From an uncultured virus (IMG/VR IMGVR_UViG_3300048905_000045) (lineage: Duplodnaviria; Heunggongvirae; Uroviricota; Caudoviricetes): a DNA stretch of 20,000 nt. A program made the position numbers and the translations under genes. Below the pieces are notes generated by a model, which was not told the origin of the DNA, did not search any database, and saw nothing but the letters and a program-made list of their open reading frames with translations. Shown one piece after another: positions 14,201-20,000 of this stretch; positions within the stretch are counted from its first letter, which is position 1; every line of letters begins with the position of its first letter. The stretch is taken from the IMG/VR virus record IMGVR_UViG_3300048905_000045; one strand, written 5' to 3'.

Positions 14201-15914
14201 GGACGAGCACGTCAATGACGGGCTGGACCGGATCTTCGGCAACGGCCAGTTCTGGAAGGACGCCGCCTCCAACAACATCGACCTGTCCAAGGGCCTGACG
14301 GACTGGCTCAAAGGCCAGTTCGACGAAATCGGCAGGGCCAACGAAGAACTCAGCGGCACGATCACCACCGCCCTCAACGACTGGTGGGGCGGCATCAAGG
14401 GCATGGCGCAGGACTGGTTCAAGAGCACCTTCGGGTTCGGCAACGACAGCTCCAAGCCTGCCGGTGGAAGCATCAGCGGCGGCGGCGGTGCGGGCGGCAA
14501 GGGCATGGGCGTGATGGGCAAGATTACCGAGGAGATGCTCGGCAACACCGGCGACCCCGCAACGGTCGTCACCGAACCGTTCGCCGGAATCAGTCAGGCG
14601 ATCAACGACAGCCTCGCCCAGATCAACGGCGTCGTCGGCGGACTCACCGGCGCGCTCGGCGAAATCTGGAACGGATTCTGGGGCGGCTTCGGCACCGTCG
14701 TCTCCGACGTGTGGACGAACATCACCACGTGGATCGGAACCTTCGCGGGGCAGATCGGCGCGAACATCGCCAGCTTCATCGGCACCGTCTCGACTACTTG
14801 GAATAGCTTCTGGGCCGGAGTCGGCCAGACCGTCTCCAGCATCTGGACACAGATCACCACGTGGATCAGCACCACCGTTGGGCAAATCGCAGGCAACATC
14901 GGTTCCTTCATCGGCACAGTGACCGCCAACTGGAATGCGTTCTGGGCCGGAGTCGGGCAAACAGTGTCGGCTATCTGGGCCCAGATCACCGGCTGGATCG
15001 GCCAGCAGATCGGCGCCATTGCGGGGAACATCGGCAACTTCATCGGCACCGTCACCTCGAACTGGAACAACTTCTGGTCCGGGGTTGGCGCCAAGGTGTC
15101 CCAGACGTGGGCGCAGATCACCGGCTGGATCAACCAGCAGGTCGGTGCAATCATCGGCCGGATCGCCGGGTTCATCGGACAGGTCACGGGAAGCTGGAAC
15201 GCCTTCTGGGGCGGGGTCAGTGCGCGCGCCTCACAGGCGTGGGCGCAGATCAGCGGCGCTGTCTCCAACGGCGTCTCCAGCGTCATCGGCTGGGTCGCCG
15301 GACTGCCGGGCCGGATCAGCGGCGCCATCGGCAACGCGTGGGGCATCCTTCAGGGTGCCGGTGAGGCGATCATGGGCGGCCTGCGCCGCGGCCTCGAATC
15401 GGCGTGGTCCGGCGTGCAGAACTTCGTCGGGACCATCGCGCAGTGGATCGCGGACCACAAGGGCCCGATCAGCTACGACCGGACCCTGCTCGTGCCCGCC
15501 GGTGAGGCGATCATGTCCGGCCTCGAAACGTCCATGAAGGACAAGTTCGGCAACGTCATGGACTTCGTCTCCTCAATGGCGTCGATGATGGCGTCGGCGT
15601 TCAACCACTCGGACATGTATATCGCCGGGAAGAACGCCTCGCAGGGGTTGGCCGACGGCCTGCTCGCGAACAAGTCCACCATCGCGGCGGCCTACTCCAA
15701 TCTCGGCACGTTCGCCACCGGCGACCCGGCGGGCCTCGGCACGCTGAAGATCGCCCGGGGTGACGACCGGTCGTCAGGCACGACGGCGTCGCATTCCTTC
15801 GCCCCGGGCGCGGTACAGGTCGCCGTCACCACACAGGCGACGGACGCGGGCCTCGTGGCCAGCAAGGTCACCGATTCACTCGACGACGCGTTCGCGCGCT
15901 TCTCAGGACTGTAG
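11229..15914 (+). CDS. Tape measure protein
   Basis: 1561 aa, SD GAAAGGA plus GTG. Start IG.EVADAYISV is typical. Helical Ala/Gly/Lys-rich body, Trp/Phe 11-residue periodic repeats, C-terminal HKGP.SYD..LL.PAG.AIM.GL motif. Confidence 0.93.
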   Translation: MGIGREVADAYISVHGDLSPFRRSLSGAQKDIEKAAKNNADTYAEAWGKRLEKQTGDRWNSIVDAMYSQEKLDINKMIEHFDPTDLDNAQTKINKFLLDMSRNQHLTGDYYKDVKRDINAAIEGMRERNRLDAENEQQLRGLSMALEANSKFLADANKENERWARTLDGIRKNNAIGDMEGDFRKLAGTMKSADFADFAKGFDTFTELRKRVYDVTAAMQEQGRMSDEQAAVMRENVNMFIRGEHQKSDAMRETLAETNRLKKAQDEYNGSLSGMARNFHIGKLENDFRNLAAAMDSNDFSHFARGADNLRDMRLQIANTANEMRRLGRMTDQEYLLVLQRTTALTHSFNDNDGAMKRSIITGARLRKVFSGMGRALRGTREHLQGFAGLNVFGDMIREGLDFIHNLDRIAVSASKAFLKVGALGSVAGSSLAGLFVIATDLGAVIGGLGAALPGFLVAAGISGGVLYAALKDMKTVLKDLTPQFKKLQDTISSKFWAQAKKPITDLTKALMPLLTTKLGATGTAWGKVFGSLADSIKAIPQKRIAGMFDRMNKGIDIAAGAMPPLIRAFTNLGDAASRQFERFGTWIKKISTDFDKFIQKASDNGDLDKWINNMVDGFKNLGRAADGTFGIINAISDAAKRAGSGGLKEFADKLQGIAKAMQERGFQDTLTTFISGMNIAVGKMGEAIKGLGPALQSVMPSIKIALSDVGDSVATIIGYLGQILSNPTVQKGITDFSNGVKTALGLLAPAVKPFADSLGNAMSLLGKVVESVAKIATAFTVNLAPVLDQMSIKVQTLLDPLSNMATNAIEKLKPVADALDKFIVGPIVAAMNSSLIPSFNGFVDKASPVLAKIVEDLGPVLKSLVNDVLPNAVKFATELLDPLGKVFDLFTPALKKQIDDVAGGFSSLSAAMRIAKGEARTEDWGTLFGAFSMDGFNKAQKAYEEQIKNAPKTDWGDIFGELLGGNAQNGMAIAWNEKIYPELVKAGQWLDEHVNDGLDRIFGNGQFWKDAASNNIDLSKGLTDWLKGQFDEIGRANEELSGTITTALNDWWGGIKGMAQDWFKSTFGFGNDSSKPAGGSISGGGGAGGKGMGVMGKITEEMLGNTGDPATVVTEPFAGISQAINDSLAQINGVVGGLTGALGEIWNGFWGGFGTVVSDVWTNITTWIGTFAGQIGANIASFIGTVSTTWNSFWAGVGQTVSSIWTQITTWISTTVGQIAGNIGSFIGTVTANWNAFWAGVGQTVSAIWAQITGWIGQQIGAIAGNIGNFIGTVTSNWNNFWSGVGAKVSQTWAQITGWINQQVGAIIGRIAGFIGQVTGSWNAFWGGVSARASQAWAQISGAVSNGVSSVIGWVAGLPGRISGAIGNAWGILQGAGEAIMGGLRRGLESAWSGVQNFVGTIAQWIADHKGPISYDRTLLVPAGEAIMSGLETSMKDKFGNVMDFVSSMASMMASAFNHSDMYIAGKNASQGLADGLLANKSTIAAAYSNLGTFATGDPAGLGTLKIARGDDRSSGTTASHSFAPGAVQVAVTTQATDAGLVASKVTDSLDDAFARFSGL
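14667..15330 (+). repeat. Five 132-nt (44-aa, 4x11) repeats in the tape measure gene
   Basis: TTCTGG (Phe-Trp) recurs at 14676, 14808, 14940, 15072 and 15204. The exact 17-mer TTCTGGGCCGGAGTCGG occurs at 14808 and 14940. Confidence 0.9.
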
Positions 15915-15923
15915 GAAGGCGCC

Positions 15924-17138
15924 ATGTATAACGGCTGGCTGGAGTACGCGGGCATTGAACTGATCAATGCGGCGCGGACGAAGAAGTACATCACCACCCT
16001 GCTCGCGGGCCTCGACGTCCGGTGCGACACCTCCGGGCTTCAGGCCGCGCGGGCGCAGGCCAACTACGTGTCCCCGGCGGCGGACAACGCCCCGTGGTAC
16101 AAGGCCACCCGGCCCGCGACCGGCCGGTTCTACGGGCTGTTCCCCGCGACCATGGCCGGGGAGGAGGACGCGTCCCGCGAGGTCGGCGTCATCGAACTTT
16201 CCGGCGACGGCGCGACCTACGGCAGGCCCCGTTACGGGTCACGGGAAATCCGGGTCACCGCGATGGCGTTCGCCGCCGACGAGGAGGCCATGGGCGAGGG
16301 CCTGTCGTGGCTCAGGGACGCGCTGGCGACCGGGGAGTGCGCCGAGACGACCGGGGCGTGCACGAACAACGAACTGCGCATGTACCTTGCCCAGCCGAAG
16401 AACGGCACCGCCGACAACCACATGATCCGCACCTTCATTCGGACCGAAATCCTCGACAATCTCACCGTCACCCGGCAGATGGGCTCGCGGGTGTGCGTCG
16501 CGAAGATGGTCGAGTTCATCTTCACCGTCGGCGTGCCGTGGGCATTCACCCCCAAGACCCTCGTCGGCTCCCTGAGCATGGACACCGGCACCGCGTCCTT
16601 CACCGACCCCGCCGGGGAGGACTGCTACAACACCTCCAACGCCTACACCAACTTCGTCGCCGACCCTTTCTACACCGCCATCGTGAAGCCGCCCGCCCCA
16701 CCCGTGGTGAAGCCGCCGAACGTCATCAAGCCCGCCTCGTGGCGGCGCCGGACTCTGGCCGTGACGCAGTCGGAAGTGGACCGCTGGGGCCGGGTCGCCC
16801 CGGTGGTGACGCTCTCGGTCGGCGCGTCCGGCGGCTCGCTGATCCGGGTCCGGTTCTACGGGAACGGCACAGTGTCCGGGTGCGGCTTCGAGGGCGAGTT
16901 CTACGTCTCCTACATCCCGCCCAGCTCCTCGATGATCCTCGACGCGATGCGCCGGGAAATCACGGTGGTGCGCTCGAACGGCGCGAAGGTCCCCGGCGGC
17001 CAGCTCGTCTACGGTTCCGACGGCCTGCCGCTGAAGTGGCCGTCCCTCGGGTGCAGTGCCTCCTACACCATGACCGTCGACATGCTCCCGGGGCAGACCG
17101 GCATCACCGCCCTCCTCGAATCCTCCGTAAGGGAGTAG
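15924..17138 (+). CDS. Minor tail protein (distal tail protein-like)
   Basis: 404 aa, first gene after the tape measure gene. MY.GWL.Y.G.ELIN.ART and APWY...P...RFYG motifs. SD AGGAAGG. Confidence 0.75.
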   Translation: MYNGWLEYAGIELINAARTKKYITTLLAGLDVRCDTSGLQAARAQANYVSPAADNAPWYKATRPATGRFYGLFPATMAGEEDASREVGVIELSGDGATYGRPRYGSREIRVTAMAFAADEEAMGEGLSWLRDALATGECAETTGACTNNELRMYLAQPKNGTADNHMIRTFIRTEILDNLTVTRQMGSRVCVAKMVEFIFTVGVPWAFTPKTLVGSLSMDTGTASFTDPAGEDCYNTSNAYTNFVADPFYTAIVKPPAPPVVKPPNVIKPASWRRRTLAVTQSEVDRWGRVAPVVTLSVGASGGSLIRVRFYGNGTVSGCGFEGEFYVSYIPPSSSMILDAMRREITVVRSNGAKVPGGQLVYGSDGLPLKWPSLGCSASYTMTVDMLPGQTGITALLESSVRE

Positions 17139-17141
17139 CCC

Positions 17142-18239
17142 GTGGCCCTGTCCTGCCAGACCCATACCGCGTTCATCTACGACCGGGGCGGGTTCCGCCA
17201 GATGATTGCGCTGACCCCGCTCCAGCGGGTGAAGTGGGAGCGCCGCCGCGACGACATCTCGACCGCGACGGTGTTCCTGTCCACGCCCGGGAAGCAGTGT
17301 GCCGAACAGCTCGGGCTGGTCGAGGCAGGCCGGGTGGAGCTGGTCATCTTCCGCGGCACCCAGCGGGTGTGGGAGGGCCCGGTGACCCGGGTCGCGTACA
17401 AGGGGCAGACCGTGGAGATTTTCGCGGGCGACGTCATGACGTACGTGAACCGCACGGCGATGCGCGGCGAGTACGATTCGCGCTACCCGAACACCGAGTA
17501 CACCATCGACCGGGTGAAGCGGATCATGAACACCGAGGTGGCCCGCAAGGAGGCGCTGGACCCGCCCTACAACATCCTCGCGAACGTCCAGTACCTCTAC
17601 ACCACCCCGCGCACGGACTCGCGCACCGCGGCCCACACCCTGCCGTACGCACAGACCGTGTTCGATCACGTCGACTCCTATGCGGCGCGCGGCGGTCTGG
17701 ACTACACCGTCGTCGGCCGGTCCATCCTGTTCTGGGATGTGCACCAAGCCATCGGGCAGACCCCCATGGTGACTGAGTCCGACTTCCTCGGCGATCTGGT
17801 GATTACCCAGTACGGTGCGGAGCTTGCCACGCAGGTTTACATCTCTGACGGCAAGGGGCACCACGGCCAGTACGGCGCCGTCGACCCTTACTACGGTGAG
17901 TGGGAAATGGTGCAGGATGCGTACGACGAGAACACGTCCGGCCCCGACGATGCGACCGACCCTACCGTCGGCGAAATGAACTCGCAGGCGTCGCGCATCT
18001 GGTCGCAGACGAAACGGCCCCCGCTGGTCGCCCGTGTGCCGGACAATACCAGCCTCAACCCGGCCGGTGTGCTCAGCGTTGACGACCTTGTTCCGGGTGT
18101 GTGGGTTCCTCTTACCGTCAGCGTGCCGGGTCGTACCGTCTCGCAGATGCAAAAGCTGGATAACATGACGGTTGAGGAGAGCGCGGAAGTGGGTGAGGTC
18201 ATTACTGTGACCCTGTCCCCGGCTCCGATCCAGACATAA
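17142..18239 (+). CDS. Minor tail protein (baseplate hub / Tal-like)
   Basis: 365 aa, second gene after the tape measure gene. V.W.R.RDDIS.A, ELVIFRG..RVWEGP, GLDYTVVGR.I and LVPGVW.P motifs. Confidence 0.75.
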   Translation: MALSCQTHTAFIYDRGGFRQMIALTPLQRVKWERRRDDISTATVFLSTPGKQCAEQLGLVEAGRVELVIFRGTQRVWEGPVTRVAYKGQTVEIFAGDVMTYVNRTAMRGEYDSRYPNTEYTIDRVKRIMNTEVARKEALDPPYNILANVQYLYTTPRTDSRTAAHTLPYAQTVFDHVDSYAARGGLDYTVVGRSILFWDVHQAIGQTPMVTESDFLGDLVITQYGAELATQVYISDGKGHHGQYGAVDPYYGEWEMVQDAYDENTSGPDDATDPTVGEMNSQASRIWSQTKRPPLVARVPDNTSLNPAGVLSVDDLVPGVWVPLTVSVPGRTVSQMQKLDNMTVEESAEVGEVITVTLSPAPIQT

Positions 18240-18255
18240 GAGGAAGGGACCGCCA

Positions 18256-20000
18256 GTGTCCATGCAAAGCCCCCGCGATCTGCGCGAATGGCAGAAGATT
18301 ATTGAGCGTGGGGTAAAGACCGCCAATCGCGGAATACCTATCGCGATTGCTCACGCCAATGACAAGGCGGCGGAGGTCCACGACGAGGTTGAGACCTACA
18401 AAGACCTGACACCGGCGGCCCCTATCGAGGTCACCTTCCAGACTCTCATCTACACCGACCCCAACAAGCGCCAGCGCGGCACCGCAACGTTCGACTTCCC
18501 CGACGTCGTGTTCGCCACGAACGGCACGCCGATCAGCGTGGACCGCTACGAAATCTTCGGTCAGGATCAGGGCGTCAACCCGCTCCAGCCGTTCCGCCTG
18601 ATGAACACCTCGACGGCGTCCAGCATCACCGTCACGGACCTGAAGCCCGGCTCGGTGTGGAAGTTCCGCATCCGCGCGCTCAGCGCCAGCATCATCAAGC
18701 CCGGCCTGTTCTCCCCGGACTACTCCGTTACCGTCACGGCGGACACCACGCCCCCGCCGCAAACCTCCGCGCCGGTCGCCACCGCAATCTCCGGCGGCGT
18801 CAAGGTCACATGGGACGGGCTTGCCGCGGGCGGCGGAGTCATGCCCGGCGACTTCGACTACACCGAGGTCGCCTTCGGCATGGCCGCCTCACCCACGGCG
18901 GTCATCGACAGGTTCTACGGCGCATCCTTCACCATCGTCCCGAAGACCTCCTACAACACCACGCACTACTTCCGGCTCCGCGCCGTGGACACCTCCGGCA
19001 ACCCCGGGCCTTGGTCTGTGCAGGCGACCGCCATCCCGGTGCCGCTGGTGGATGTGGACGTCATCCTCGCCCACCTCGACGGCGCCGTCACCGAAATCAC
19101 CAACATCGGCGCGGAAGCAATCAAGACCGGCGCGATCACCAACGCGAAGCTGGCGCTGAACGCTGTCGCCCAGAACAACCTTCAGGACCAGATCGTCTCC
19201 CTCGGGAAGCTGGACACGGCGACCAACGCGAAAATCCAGAAGGGTGTCGATGACGCCTTCACCGCGCAGGCCGCCGCGAACGCCGCCGACGGCAAGGCGG
19301 GAACCGCCATCAGCAATGCCGCCGCCGCCGACACCAAGGCAGGGAACGCCCAGACCGCCGCCGACGCGGCCCGTGCCGTCGCCGACGCAAAGCTCGCGGC
19401 CGGGGTCGCGCTGACCCTGAACGGCAACTTCGACGCCACCCCGATCACGTCCCCGCCGCTGGGCTGGCCGTTCCGGGTGCTGTCCGTGGTCCAGCCCTCG
19501 GCGACCACGGCCCGCTCGGGCACCAACGTGCTCAAATGCTCGCCGACCACCTCCACCATCGCCTACGCCTACACCGACTACGTCGCCTCCGCGACCGGCC
19601 GGACCTTCTACATCGAATACTGGGCCCGGCTCGATCAGCCGCTGGTGGCCGGAAACGAAAACCTCGAACTCGGCGCCTACTTCAACCAGCTCGACACCTC
19701 CGGGGCCAGCACCTCCAGCCCGCGCACCAACAACGGCCCCGACTGGCCCTCGGTGAAGTTCTCCGCGCTGAGCACGACGGCGTGGACCAAGTTCGCCGTG
19801 ATCCACACCGTCACGCAGGCCAACAACGTTCAAATCCGGTTCGGTCCGCGCATCCAGAATCTCGCCGTCGCCGGGAACACGTTCGAGGTGGACGGCTTCC
19901 GGGCCATTGACATCACCGAGGCGAAGGCCGCGCTGGACGCCGCCGCCACCGCGCAGGCCCGCGCCGATGCCGCCTTCGATGACGCCTACGACGCGAACGT
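18256..20000 (+). CDS. Minor tail protein / central tail fibre (3'-truncated) with two FN3-like domains, coiled coil and a CBM-like domain
   Basis: Absent from the ORF track because it has no stop in the window. I translated it open from GTG 18256 (or ATG 18262) to the end. SD GAGGAAGG. DLKPGSVWKFRIRA and VKVTWDG...HYFRLRAVDTSGNPGPWS are FN3-like. AITNAKLA repeats, Ala-rich coil, and LNGNFD...GW...ARSG...TFYIEYWAR...WTK...VDGFR (CBM4/9-like). Confidence 0.85.
   Translation, partial: MSMQSPRDLREWQKIIERGVKTANRGIPIAIAHANDKAAEVHDEVETYKDLTPAAPIEVTFQTLIYTDPNKRQRGTATFDFPDVVFATNGTPISVDRYEIFGQDQGVNPLQPFRLMNTSTASSITVTDLKPGSVWKFRIRALSASIIKPGLFSPDYSVTVTADTTPPPQTSAPVATAISGGVKVTWDGLAAGGGVMPGDFDYTEVAFGMAASPTAVIDRFYGASFTIVPKTSYNTTHYFRLRAVDTSGNPGPWSVQATAIPVPLVDVDVILAHLDGAVTEITNIGAEAIKTGAITNAKLALNAVAQNNLQDQIVSLGKLDTATNAKIQKGVDDAFTAQAAANAADGKAGTAISNAAAADTKAGNAQTAADAARAVADAKLAAGVALTLNGNFDATPITSPPLGWPFRVLSVVQPSATTARSGTNVLKCSPTTSTIAYAYTDYVASATGRTFYIEYWARLDQPLVAGNENLELGAYFNQLDTSGASTSSPRTNNGPDWPSVKFSALSTTAWTKFAVIHTVTQANNVQIRFGPRIQNLAVAGNTFEVDGFRAIDITEAKAALDAAATAQARADAAFDDAYDAN

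Noticed and set aside
11529..14960. Very long antisense ORFs (1143 aa here; also 2343-4067, 5165-6535, 6526-7965, 16239-18326)
   Set aside because: They shadow well-supported + strand genes. High GC3 codon bias removes stops on the opposite strand. They show no recognisable domains or RBS.
14667..15330. Periodic repeats as a CRISPR array or DGR template/variable repeat
   Set aside because: The repeats are degenerate at third codon positions, in frame, and lack unique spacers or adenine-specific variation. No cas or reverse transcriptase gene is in the window. These are ordinary tape measure repeats.
1..20000. Genome-wide TAG reassignment (alternative genetic code)
   Set aside because: No recognisable gene is interrupted by TAG under code 11. 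TAG ends several genes at natural boundaries overlapping the next SD, and read-through of the GDPD TAG (8053) gives nonsense. Only site-specific read-through at 6164 is proposed.

Overview
This window is the structural and assembly gene block of a high-GC, tailed (siphovirus-type) actinobacteriophage or prophage. All credible genes are on the + strand and tightly packed. Gene order: a truncated MuF / 2H-phosphoesterase / prohead-protease polyprotein, a 48-aa CxxC protein, a large major capsid (hexamer-type) protein, a second smaller capsid (pentamer-type) protein, an acidic (AD)n protein, a major tail protein with a PKD/Ig-like C-terminus, a 72-aa adaptor-like protein, a GDPD-fusion protein, a cysteine-peptidase endolysin, three head-tail joining/neck genes, a tail assembly chaperone with a -1 slippery site, a 1561-aa tape measure protein, two minor tail proteins, and an FN3/CBM tail fibre running off the window end. 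The gene set resembles Rosebush/cluster-B-like actinophages. An Arthrobacter-like host is only a guess. Most notable signals: (1) an in-frame, motif-bearing 19-codon extension behind the major tail protein amber stop, followed by a putative adaptor plus GDPD 'tail decoration' module; (2) an intact-looking 2H phosphoesterase inside the head maturation polyprotein, with recurring (L/I/V)-(V/T)-A-(A/S) candidate cleavage sites and an internal start; (3) a capsid-gene leader with two mutually exclusive hairpins; (4) an internal in-frame start in the endolysin. All functional calls come from motif recognition by eye; no searches were run.
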